A DNA stretch of 27,870 nucleotides, taken from assembly GCA_963663405.2 (NCBI GenBank), contig CAXXSM010000080.1:1-27870 (forward strand), given 5' to 3'. Of the stretch, positions 1-10,233 are shown piece after piece. The notes beneath the pieces are model-generated. The model did not search any database and had not been told where the DNA came from. It was given only the letters and a program-made list of their open reading frames with translations. The first letter of the stretch is position 1. The number at the start of each line of letters is the position of its first letter. The DNA comes from a bacterium (GTDB taxonomy: Bacteria > Hinthialibacterota > Hinthialibacteria > Hinthialibacterales > Hinthialibacteraceae). A program made the translations under genes and the position numbers.

Positions 1-150
1 TGGTTTGCCAATGTTTGGCGGTTTTACCCATCACTTTGAGTAGAGATTCGTTATCAGGTTGTTTGGATTTATCTTCAAAAACACTCGCGGACATATGCAC
101 TCACCTTTCTTGAGATTTGAAAAATGAAAGTGAAGAATCGAACGTCGCGA

Positions 151-834
151 TTAAATACCCAGCCGCCGTTTACATTCGTCGAGCATATCCTTTGTCCGGC
201 TGGCGCCAACACGGGTGACGCCGAGAGCGCGGACTTCCAACAATTTGTCTAAATCCCGTACGCCGCCGGCGGCTTTAACCTGCACGTTGGCGGGGGAATG
301 TTGGCGCATTAGTGTTAAATCTTCGATCGTCGCTCCACCGGTTCCATACCCGGTGGAGGTTTTGACCCAATCACAACCGAGTTCTCCACAGATCGTACAG
401 AGTTGGATTTTCTGATCGTCGTTGAGATAGCAGTTTTCAAAAATTACTTTTATTTTTTGATTGTGGGAATGGGTCAGGTCCGTCAGTTCTTTAATCTCTT
501 GCCGCACGTATTCCCAATCACCGCTTAGGGTTTTGCTGATATTGATGACCATATCCAATTCTTCACCGCCGTCCTGCAGGGCGCGTTCCGCTTCAGCGAG
601 TTTGACCGCCAGAGTGTGACCGCCGTGGGGGAAGCCGATGGTTGTGCTTGCTTTAACGCCGCTGCCTTTGAGTTGTTCGGCGCAACGCTTGAGCGCATAG
701 GGGAGGATGCAGACGCTGGCCACGTCATATTCAAGCGCCAACTGACATCCCGCTTCTAAATCCTGAATAGTTAGAACGGGATTTAAAAGGGAATGATCGA
801 TCATTTTGGCGATATCTGTATAGGAGTAATCCAT
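151..834 (-). CDS. deoC: Deoxyribose-phosphate aldolase
   Basis: Motifs IDHSLL, TTIGFPHG, ELDMVIN, KVIFEN, VKTSTG (Schiff-base Lys), VKAAGGVR and RVGAS. Start moved to ATG at 834 (MDYSYTD), which has an AAAGGA RBS; the longer ORF from 939 overlaps the upstream gene. Confidence 0.95.
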   Translation of the reverse strand: MDYSYTDIAKMIDHSLLNPVLTIQDLEAGCQLALEYDVASVCILPYALKRCAEQLKGSGVKASTTIGFPHGGHTLAVKLAEAERALQDGGEELDMVINISKTLSGDWEYVRQEIKELTDLTHSHNQKIKVIFENCYLNDDQKIQLCTICGELGCDWVKTSTGYGTGGATIEDLTLMRQHSPANVQVKAAGGVRDLDKLLEVRALGVTRVGASRTKDMLDECKRRLGI

Positions 835-850
835 GAGAAGTTCCTTTCTT

Positions 851-1782
851 TCAATCAAATTGTCTCGATGGGATGAATTGGCGGAGATATGTGGCGCTTT
901 GCCGCAGGGCGGTTTTGCGGTCTTCCAATGCGCCCTCATAGGCGCGGTCTTCCACCTCGACGCAGACCGGTCCTCGATACCCCGTATCGCTCAAGACGGA
1001 AAGCCAACGGCCCCAATCAATATCGCCCAGTCCTGGCAGTTTAGGAGTATGATATTCCAGTGGATAACCGAGAATGCCGACATCATTTAACTGATGGCGA
1101 TCGATGCGGACGTCTTTTGCGTGGACGTGGAATATCCGATCCGCGAATTCCCGCAGCGGTTCGATTGTATTTCAATCTGCAGCCAAACCAAGTGGGAGGG
1201 ATCGAAATTCAATCCGAAATTCGGGCTGGGGATTTCTTCAAACATGCGTCTCCAGACCGCTGGACAATACGCCAGATTTTTCCCGCCGGGCCATTCATCT
1301 TTCGTAAAAAACATGGGGCAGTTTTCAATCCCGATTCGCACACCTTGGTCTTCGGCGAAAGCGATCAGCGGTTTCCAGACTTCACAGAATCGGGGCCAGT
1401 TATCTTCGACGGACTGTGTCCAATCGCGGCCGATAAATGTGTTCATCTGATTGACGCCCAGAAGCGCCGCCGCTTGGATGACAAGCCGAATGTGCTGGAT
1501 GTACACCTCCGCTTCCTGGCGATCGGGTGTAAGAGGATTGGGGTAATAACCGAGACCGCTGATTTCGACCTTCGATCGATTTAACAAGTCTTTGATCGCG
1601 TTCGCCTGATCCGCGTCAAAACCGGCGGCGTCAATATGCGTCACTCCCGCGTATCGCCGTTCCGCTTTGCCTTTGGGCCAGCACATCAGTTCGACGCAAT
1701 CGTATCCCTCTTCCGAGGCGAATTGGATCACATCTTCAAGGGAGAGTTCGGGTAGAATCGCGCTGACAAAACCGAGTTTCAT
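851..1782 (-). CDS. Sugar phosphate isomerase/epimerase (xylose isomerase-like TIM barrel), one frameshift near 1170
   Basis: ORF 1087-1782 has IENCPM and NFDPSHLVW. After a frame change at about 1170 it reads [18 protein letters not shown]...[11 protein letters not shown]...VCVEVED...[11 protein letters not shown] with the stop at 851-853. GGAGG RBS upstream. Confidence 0.88.
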
Positions 1783-1809
1783 TGTGGCCTCCTTGCGATT
1801 GATTTATTT

Positions 1810-2990
1810 TTACTTTTTCATCCCTGTTTCTATGAGCATGTTTCGGAGATAGACGTGTTCGTTTCCGTTCCAAGGTTTGGAGCAGATATCGATATCACCG
1901 TCTCCATCCACGTCACCGGCCATTGCTTCGTGGCACCGCTTTCCTTTAAAAATTTCGTGTTGTTTCCACTGTTTTCCTTTACCGTACTTATTTTCCCAGA
2001 TATACCAGCGATGGATTGTGTCTGAGGTTAGAGGGCCGCCGCCGGAAAAGACGTCGGCGTCTCCATCATTGTCGAAATCGAAGACCGCGAGGGAGTGGAA
2101 ATCCTGCTTCAATTCTGAACCGATCAAATGTTTGATCCATTTTTGACCTTTACCATCCTTGTTTTCAAGCCAGGCGGTTTGGGAATTAATGGAATCGGCG
2201 TCTGTCATGACGACGTCGTTGTCACCGTCGCGGTCTAGATTTGACTGTTAGTTTATAATTGGTGTTTGACAGCCGTTTGTCTCCAACGTTCATTCCGAAA
2301 TCGATATTTTCATGCGCGATCCATTGGATTCCTTTTCCATCCGCGTTCTCAAACCAGATATTGGTGCGAACTACATCATTGTCTCCATCGCCATCGATGT
2401 CTCCGATTCCGGCGGGATCGATCGCGCCATGAACTGATGGACCGATCGAATGACGAGTCCATTTTGTGTTTGTTATGGGATTGCGGGGGATCTGAAACCA
2501 GGATATATCATCTTGATCGCTGAGCGCCACTAAATCCAATCTACCGTCACCATCGATATCCGCTGCGACGTTATCGTGTGTTTTAAAATGCGCCGTTTGG
2601 ATATTGGGTAAATTCTTCTTTCCGGGGATTTCCCGTGTTGCGGTACCATGCCGCGCCTGAAACTTGATCGATCCATCCATCGCCATCGACGTCGAACGCG
2701 GCGCCTCCAACATCGGTGGGAGACTGACCGCCGATTCTGTGTTTCACCCACTGGTCAGGGCTTTGGTATTCAAACCACCAGATATCCCCATTGCGGCAGC
2801 CTACAGTCCAATCCAGATCACCGTCTTTATCCATATCGACGAGGGATGTCTGGCCCATCTTGTCGCCTGCATCCGCGATTTTGTGATATTCAAAAACAGG
2901 GAATTCAGCGGACACGATCGGCGCGCAGTAACTATTCAGCATAAGAAACAGAATTATGATGAAAGCGATTTTAGATGTATGCCGTATCAT
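1810..2990 (-). CDS. Secreted FG-GAP/VCBS repeat protein, split by frameshifts near 2585 and 2240
   Basis: Signal peptide followed by about seven DxDxDGxxD repeats (DMDKDGDLD, DVDGDGWID, DIDGDGRLD, DIDGDGDND, LDRDGDND, DFDNDGDAD, DVDGDGDID) spread over three consecutive ORFs. Confidence 0.85.
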
Positions 2991-3233
2991 GATAGAGTTC
3001 TCCAGTGAGATTCATTGCCGAGAATCGATGGCTCCTTTATCTTAATATTGGGGAGTAAAGAAGGATAGCGGTGGAGGGATTGATTCACCTTTTTACTTTG
3101 ATTTTATAATTTCCGAATTCTTCACCACTTGGTTATTCGAATAGATAATAGAACGACTCAGAAAGAACTTATATGAACCATGATCTCCGCGCCTTTTCCG
3201 TGGCATCCGTGATTCAAAAATTTTAATTGTCCA

Positions 3234-3263
3234 TTGACATCGTTAACAATATTTTAATATAGT
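3234..3263 (+). promoter_or_regulatory. Putative sigma-70 promoter of the pilin-like gene
   Basis: TTGACA (3234-3239), 18 nt spacer, TATAGT (3258-3263), about 45 nt upstream of the ATG at 3306. Confidence 0.6.
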
Positions 3264-3305
3264 AATACCGGATTCTATCAATGTTTTTCTTGGGGAGAGT
3301 TTGTT

Positions 3306-3906
3306 ATGAAAAAGAAAGGATTTACCCTGATTGAACTGTTGATCGTTGTCGCGATCATCGGTATCTTAGCCGCTATCGCCGTACCGAATTTTCTCAACGC
3401 GCAGGTCCGGGCGAAATTGTCGCGGGTCGAGGCGGATTTACGATCCCTCGCGACAGCGCTGACCATGTACCGCTTTGATAATGGCCGGCCGCCAAATGAT
3501 ATGACGACGCCTGATCACGGTTGGGTTGTTTCCTATGCGATGTTGACCACGCCGGTCGCTTATATGAGTAATGTCCTTCCGGATATATTTCAAGCCGATG
3601 ATGTGTTGGAAGGATCTGGCGTACATCGGATCGGCGGCCCCAATGGGCCTTTAAGTTATGATTACGGAACCGATGAATTTCATGGCTATAATGGAAATTC
3701 CAATCATGAATGGTATAAAGCATGGCGAAATTCGACCTGGAAGATCGGCAGCTGCGGGCCCGATCTTAAATACTTGAATGTCGTAACATTATCCGGCTGG
3801 ATTTCCGGTTTACGCCTACGATTCCACAAATGGATTGATCTCGGTCGGCGACATTTTTCGGGGTGAAGAATTCTACTCGAAAAACGCGAAAGAACGGGGA
3901 CTGTAG
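3306..3906 (+). CDS. Prepilin-type N-terminal cleavage/methylation domain protein (GspG-like pseudopilin), frameshift near 3800
   Basis: Class III signal MKKKG|FTLIELLIVVAIIGILAAIAVPNF, plus LTTPVAY and SCGPD motifs. The shifted frame gives PVYAYDSTNGLISVGDIFR...ERGL* (TAG 3904-3906). Confidence 0.88.
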
Positions 3907-4212
3907 ATTCTATCATCTAAGGCGCCGATGAAATGGAGAACGAGCGTCTCGCCGGTAAAGAATTAAACCAACACAGAATTCATAGATAATACCCCGTCAA
4001 TCATTTCCTTCTAGAAGATTCTTTTCTCATTGAAATTCTGATTCTTGAAATAAATGAGCCTCTATATCTTAACGCACCAAGCACAAGAGATGTTCCCATA
4101 GCGTTTGTTTCATAGAGTTTTCATTGCCGATTTATTGATATGTCAAATATAAATAGTAAGAATTCTCAAATTAGGATTCAATGAAATAAAGCGAAAAATC
4201 TAAAAAATTGTC

Positions 4213-4241
4213 TTGACATTGTAAGAGGATTGTTAGATATT
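4213..4241 (+). promoter_or_regulatory. Putative sigma-70 promoter
   Basis: TTGACA at 4213-4218 after an A-rich UP-like tract, 17 nt spacer, weak -10 GATATT. Strong GAGGAGG RBS at 4280-4286. Confidence 0.45.
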
Positions 4242-4291
4242 TCCTTAGTGCGTTAAGACTGGGGGGTTAATCCTATCTCGAGGAGGTTTTT

Positions 4292-6082
4292 GTGATGAGT
4301 CGAACACGATCTATTTGGACGATTATGGTTGCCGCTATGGTCTTTTGCGTGTCACCAGCGCTGGCGCAGTATGGAATATTCGATCAGACAGTCGACTGGC
4401 CGATTATTGGTTCCGCGCATGCGGAGGGAAGTGTTTCGGTATCCGGTTCGGGCGGAAATACAACGTATACCGTTATGGGAAATGGCTCGTTCGGCGCCCG
4501 GATCGAGGGGGGCGGCTATGGAGTGGCGGGTGATGAAGGCTTTTTCGTTTATACGGATAAAGCCGGCAGTTGGACTCTGCAAGCGAAGCTGTTCCCTTAT
4601 TATGGCCAGACGGCCTTGATGATCCGGGAAACCGGCGCGGACGCCGCGTCGAATTTTTATTCGGTCGAATTGGCGGAAATCGGCACAGTCGTCCATGCGC
4701 TGTTTCGTTCCCGCACGGGCGCGGGAGGAAATGTAAGCATTCAACTCTTTGATGCGGACGGGAATCCTATTCAAGATGAGGGTGACGGTCTTTGGCTTCG
4801 TGTGACGCGCGTCGAACCGGTGGATATCTTCTTCAGTGAATATTCTCCCAATGGCGTGGACTGGTTTATCGCGGATAACCGTATTATGGACTGGCCGTCC
4901 GATACCGCGTCGTATGGCATCGCGGCGGGCAGTGGAGGCGATAACGAAGAATTAGGCGAAGTGGAAGTGACGGAAGTTGAATTTGTGTCCACTCCCCCTG
5001 TCGCGCAGCGGAAGTTATCTCAGTTGTCATTCAAACCCGGTGACGTCTTCGACGCCGAGATCTCCGTTTTTGTTTCCGGAGAAGACCGGGCGGGCGCGAC
5101 GATAGAAGAGACGATTCCAGAAGGATGGACGGCGAGCGCTATTCAGCGACGGAGGAACGGAATCCAATGGTGTGATCAGCTGGAGCCTTACGGGTCTTCC
5201 AGTTGGGGAAACGGCTGTGTCTTACCAAGTGACCGCACCCCTCTGCTCCCGGTGATTTAGCGGAATGGTCGGGCGTCGTATTGGAAAGTGTTTATATCCT
5301 CGGCCCTCACGCGTTGCCAATGTTGAATATTAGCGGCGGCGAGCGGGTGGACTGATGGGCTTATCGTTTTATATCTCTTCCACACAGGATCGGGAACGAC
5401 GGTTTATGATGTTTCCAACGCCGGCGAACCTTTGAATTTGGAAATCGAAGACATCACGAGAGTGTACTGGGGAGATGGCTATTTGGAAACAACGGGCGTC
5501 AATCACATCGAGTCCGAAGGCCCCGCGACTAAAATTATTGACGCTTGCAAGCAATCCAGCGAATTGACCGTCGAAGGATGGATCAAGACATCCGATATCA
5601 CCCAAAATGGAACCGCCCGTATGATTACGTGTTCCATCGACGCCGCGGACCGGAATTTTACACTGGGGCAGGGATGGTACGCGAATGGAGGCGACCGCAT
5701 TGAGATGCGCTACCGGACGGACATCAATCCAGATAATCCACTCACTGTCACCTCCACACACACGGAACGCGGCACACTGACCGAGGCGTTGACCCATGTC
5801 GCTTTTACGCGGAATTTCTCATGGGAAGTGTTTGGATACATCAACAATGTTTCCCTCCCTCTGACTGGAGGCGCGTTTGTCGATGGAGATTTCACCACAT
5901 GGGATGATACCTATAAATTCGCGCTTGGCAATGAAGTCTCGGCGGACCGGGCCTGGCTGGGGCAATTTCATGTCGTGGCCGTGTATAACCGGGCGTTGAC
6001 GGCGGAAGAAATCGATCAGAACTACAACGCCGGCCCATTTGTTGGAAAACCGGTTCCGGTTTCGGATTGGTCAGTTTATTAA
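4292..6082 (+). CDS. Secreted beta-sandwich protein with C-terminal LamG/concanavalin A-like domain; frameshifts near 5143, 5241 and 5350
   Basis: Signal peptide ending ALA|Q. The reading can be carried across the gap between ORFs 4292-5260 and 5432-6082 (ISDGGTESNGVISWSLTG..., SAPGDLAEW..., DGLIVLYLFHTGSGTTVYDVS). LamG motifs: LTVEGWI, HVAFT and VAVYNRALTAEEI. Confidence 0.78.
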
Positions 6083-6097
6083 TAGGTGTTTAGGTTG

Positions 6098-6139
6098 AAG
6101 ACTGAAGGCTGAAGGATGTTTCCTTCGGCCTTCGGTCTT
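6098..6139 (+). terminator. Stem-loop, probable intrinsic terminator
   Basis: 19-bp stem AAGACTGAAGGCTGAAGGA / TCCTTCGGCCTTCGGTCTT with a 4-nt loop. Both mismatches are U-G wobbles on the + strand. Lies 15 nt after the stop codon and is followed by a T-rich stretch. Confidence 0.75.
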
Positions 6140-6283
6140 TGGATTGTTATTTTTTTGATTGGTATGGTGAATCATAAAGACACGGCCTATCCCACATTTC
6201 CGCAATTCATCTGCAGTTGTGATCTCAATCATGATGGTTTTCATGATATGATCTCAATCAGAAACGTTTATACGAAAGGAACT

Positions 6284-7339
6284 ATGATGATATTGAATCG
6301 AGTGGCAAGACTCTTTCCTGCATTTTTGCTTTTATCCATATACATAACTGGACATCCATTCTCTTGTGATGCGAGTGAAATCAGAAAGGGAATCTGTGTC
6401 GCCGATTTTCTCGCTCCGTTGACAGAAACGGAGAAAGCCAATGTTATCCATGAATGGGAAACCCAAAAACCGGTCTGTGTGGACGGCAAAATTGAAGCGC
6501 AGGAAAACGATGAAAATGGATCACGCACATACGTGATTTCTCACATTGTTAATACATGCCGTCACTATGGTGTTGTACTGGCGCCCCCGGTTGTTCCGGA
6601 CAAGAAATATCCCTTGTTAATTATCAATCATGGTGGGACGGGTGGAGTATCGATCCCAAAAGTTGATCTAGATGACATGATCGTTCTTGCTCCATCTTTT
6701 CGTGGAGAATCACTCAATGCTGGAGAATTGGGAACCTTCCAATCCGAAGGAAATGGCGCGCATTACGAAGTCGACGCGGTGGATTCATTGGCATTTTTAG
6801 ACACCGTCCTTCAATTGATACCTGACGCCGATTCCAACTGCATTATTGCCACAGGAGGCAGCCGGGGTGGAAGCACAACCTACCGGATGGCCGAACGATC
6901 CTCACAGATCAAAGGAATTATTGTATATTTTGGAGTGACGGATTTCTTTACGGATTATTATCGAAACCATGTATCCGCCGTGCTGCAGGATGAATCGAAG
7001 CCTGATTTTCTTACTCGCTTTTTGATGAATGATATGATATTGCCTTTGAAAAACGAGAAGAAAACATTGGCGGAAGCGCGTCATTCTCTCGCCATGTGGT
7101 CCTCCCTTCATTACGCTGAACGCTTGCCGGAATATGTGATGATTCACCATGGCGCGGAAGATAAAGTGGTTCCGCTCGCTCATAGCGAACGGATGATTGA
7201 CCGGTTGAAAGCCTTGGGATTCACGTCTCCCTCATTTCAATATTATATTTATGAAGGGAAAGGCCATACGCGTTTTCCAGAAGCGAAAGAGCGGGATAAA
7301 AGATTCATCGAGATGATCATCAAACGTTATGGTTCTTGA
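6284..7339 (+). CDS. Secreted alpha/beta hydrolase (prolyl oligopeptidase S9-like)
   Basis: YPLLIINHGG, nucleophile elbow GGSRGG, HGAEDKVVP (Asp) and YEGKGH (His). Start placed at ATG 6284, which has an AAAGGA RBS and a signal-like N-terminus. Confidence 0.85.
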   Translation: MMILNRVARLFPAFLLLSIYITGHPFSCDASEIRKGICVADFLAPLTETEKANVIHEWETQKPVCVDGKIEAQENDENGSRTYVISHIVNTCRHYGVVLAPPVVPDKKYPLLIINHGGTGGVSIPKVDLDDMIVLAPSFRGESLNAGELGTFQSEGNGAHYEVDAVDSLAFLDTVLQLIPDADSNCIIATGGSRGGSTTYRMAERSSQIKGIIVYFGVTDFFTDYYRNHVSAVLQDESKPDFLTRFLMNDMILPLKNEKKTLAEARHSLAMWSSLHYAERLPEYVMIHHGAEDKVVPLAHSERMIDRLKALGFTSPSFQYYIYEGKGHTRFPEAKERDKRFIEMIIKRYGS

Positions 7340-7504
7340 ATTTGGCTGATTCGGAATGGGGATAGAGATACGCCTGGGATTGAAAATCCTGGGCTGATTT
7401 AAACGGATGATTCCAATTTTTTGTGATATACTTAGTCTGTTCCACATTATTAAGCGTTTGGCTCCACTAGTTGTGAGCCATATTGTTAACCACAAGGGGG
7501 AAAA

Positions 7505-8623
7505 ATGAAGAAAGGGATACTTTCGAGTTATCATTGCGCTTCTAATTGTTGTTGGTTTAAGTTCGGTCGAGGCTGAATCACAGGAAATTTTACTTCGTCA
7601 TAAGCTGCCTATGGGCCCGGACAGCTCAATCGATTACAGAAGTGAATATGTCCGGTACGTCGAATTTGACTGGGGAAACTGTTCCGACCCAGTTGTGGAC
7701 GAAAATGTCACGCGGTTTTCGTGTCACCGGCTCAGACGATTTCCAGAACGCCCAGATGGATATCCCAGGTCAACCAGCTACAGACCAAAGGACGAATGGG
7801 AGACACTCCATTTAACAAGAATCTGACCGGCGATGAACTCAAGCAGACCATGTTCAGCGCGGATCAGATGAAAGTGAATGTCTCTCCACTGGGCAGTGTG
7901 TCGGAGAACAGCCAATTCCCTCTGAGTCAATTGGGGATTTCGCTTCCTGCGTCTGTAGGCGAAACCGGAGGATTCGAATTTCCGACGTTTCCTACGGAAG
8001 GTGTACGCATCGGCTCTTCGTGGACCGAAGACGGCGCATTGATCCGCAGCGCGCTCCAACAGAGAAACGCGCAATCCGAATCGGCGGTGTACCAGCTGCA
8101 GAGGGTATATGCGACGCCACAGGGGCGTATGGCGGTGATTCACTATTCTAAAGTCTCGAATCTATCCGGCCTTGGATTGGGAAACAGCAGTTCCCTTTCG
8201 GATTGAGCGATAATCCGGAGATCTCCAATCTGCTCAATCAAGCGGGGATGGGGAATCTATCAAACATTCAAAATCTAGGGCTATCGGCGCAGGTTGGTGT
8301 TTGATTATTAATCTGCAAGGCGAGATCGAGTTCAATGTGGACCAGGAGTGGTGACCAAATCCACACAGCAAGGGACATGGAAGATGAATATGAGCATGCC
8401 CAACCCGTTGGAACCCGGCAAAACATTGAAACTTGGACAAAACATGCAAATGAAGGTTTCAACCCGGATGCAATGGAGCAGCATCCAGAACACGAGTTCC
8501 ACCAACATGAAACAGAAAGCGGCGCCGCAACGGATTCCCTTACAGACCATTCCACCCGTCTCTGACCACGATCCCGCTGATACGCTTACACAAGGCGATC
8601 CAGCTCAAGAAGATCCCCAATAA
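7505..8623 (+). CDS. Hypothetical secreted protein, multiply frameshifted
   Basis: GGGGGA RBS and ATG at 7505. After a frame change it reads a signal peptide (YFRVIIALLIVVGLSSVEA) then EILLRHKL. Collinear fragments are FPTEGVRIGSSWT (7721-8206), LQGEIEFNVDQ and VTKSTQQG (8348-8623). Loosely reminiscent of DUF6263-like beta-rich proteins. Confidence 0.55.
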
Positions 8624-8819
8624 AAGCTTATTCGTATTAATTCATTCTACCAACATTTATTCTCATTCTTCCAACCGCTTCTATTCGTATATCTAGATTA
8701 CTGTCCGAATCGATTCCTCATACATGTTACATGAAGGTTAAAAATAAGGTATTCTTTTTGTTGACTATATGATGAACGGCAAACAAATATGTCTGTTTTC
8801 TGAATGAGGAGAGAATGAA

Positions 8820-10164
8820 ATGGGGAAGAAGAAACAAACAACTACCCGGCGGGATTTGATGAAGTCTGCCGTGGCCACAGCCACAGCGTTTATGTTCGCT
8901 CCGTCTCACATTCTTGGTCGTGAAGGCTTAACAGCGCCAAGTGAGAAATTGAATCTTGCGTTTATCGGCGTGGGGAGCCGTGGCGGGCATAATCTATCGA
9001 AGTTTCAAGAACAGAATGTCGTAGCGCTTTGTGATGTGGATGAGAAATATGCGGAGAAATCCTTTTCCAAATATGAAGACGTTCCGAAATATAAGGATTT
9101 CCGCGTCATGCTCGACAAGCACAAGGATGTCGACGGGGTGGTAGTAAGTACACCGGATCATACGCACGCCGTGGCCGCAATGGCCGTTATGGAGCGGAAG
9201 AAACATCTGTATGTGGAGAAACCGCTAGCGCATTCGATTCATGAAGTACGCGCGCTGATGAAAGCCGCGCAAGACAATAACGTACAAACGCAGTTAGGCA
9301 ATCAGGGACATTCGTACGATGAGATGCGAAAAACGCGTGAATGGATTGGGGAAGGCGCGATCGGCCAAGTGAAAGAAGTGCAGGCCTGGTATACTCATTC
9401 CTATGGCAATGGCCGGGCACGATCCAAAGAGACGCCGCCTGTGCCCGAAACGCTGGATTGGGATTTGTGGCTTGGTCCGGCCCGCGTATCGTCCCTATCA
9501 TCCTGATTATGCGCCTCGTATATGGAGGAGTTGGGCGATTTTGGAACGGGTGTGCTGGGAGATTGGGTGTGTCATATTTTAGATCCATCGGTCTGGGCGT
9601 TGGAACTGGGTCCACCAAAAAGCATCCTCGCCCGGAATGGCGGGGGCCCCTATTCACCTGAGCGATTTCCACTCCAATCGGCGATTGAATATACATTTCC
9701 CTCGCGTGGCGCCTGGCCGGCGGTTAAAGTGACTTGGACGTATGGAAGAGAGATCGATCTTCCCTCAACTGAAAGATCTGGAATTGGATGATTGGAATTC
9801 AACAGCGGGCGCAATTCTCATTGGAGAGAAAGGCTCGATCGTTCATGGTTCACACGGCGCGGGAAAAGCCCGGATCATTCCGGAATCAAGGGCAAAGGAA
9901 GTTCCCACTCCCCGCGAAATCTATCCAAGAGTCTCGGGCGGTCATCACCAGGATTGGCTCCGGGCTTGTAAAGATGGGAAAACCGGCGGGATCGAATTTG
10001 AATTACGGCGGTCCATTGACCGAACTGGCTCTGTTGGGTGTGATCGCGTGTACGCTGGAAGGGGAAACACTGGAATGGGATGCGGAGAATATGCGATTTA
10101 CGAATAATGAAAAAAGCGAATCAGTATCTCCAAAGCCCCCTATCGTGATGGCTGGTCCCTCTAA
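8820..10164 (+). CDS. Tat-exported Gfo/Idh/MocA family oxidoreductase, about six frameshifts
   Basis: Twin-arginine TTRRDLMK, Rossmann IGVGSRG, STPDHTH, YVEKPL, QLGNQGHS, LDWDLWLGPA and DFGTGVLGDWVCHILD. The C-terminus ANQYL..PYRDGWSL* (TAA 10162-10164) is recovered by frame changes near 9483, 9535, 9763, 9978, 10112 and 10131. Confidence 0.9.
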
Positions 10165-10233
10165 AGGAGCGTGGGCGTTCCGCCCTCAATACAATCAATT
10201 GCATACCATATAAGAATTGAAAGGATAAGAATA

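Noticed and set aside
1810-2990. DNA-level repeats of the GAT/GAC-GGT-GAC type as a repeat array or CRISPR
   Set aside because: They encode the DxDxDG FG-GAP protein repeats; there are no identical repeats with unique spacers.
3907-4212. AT-rich intergenic stretch as an ncRNA or mobile element remnant
   Set aside because: No convincing stem-loops, terminal inverted repeats or ORF; consistent with promoter DNA.
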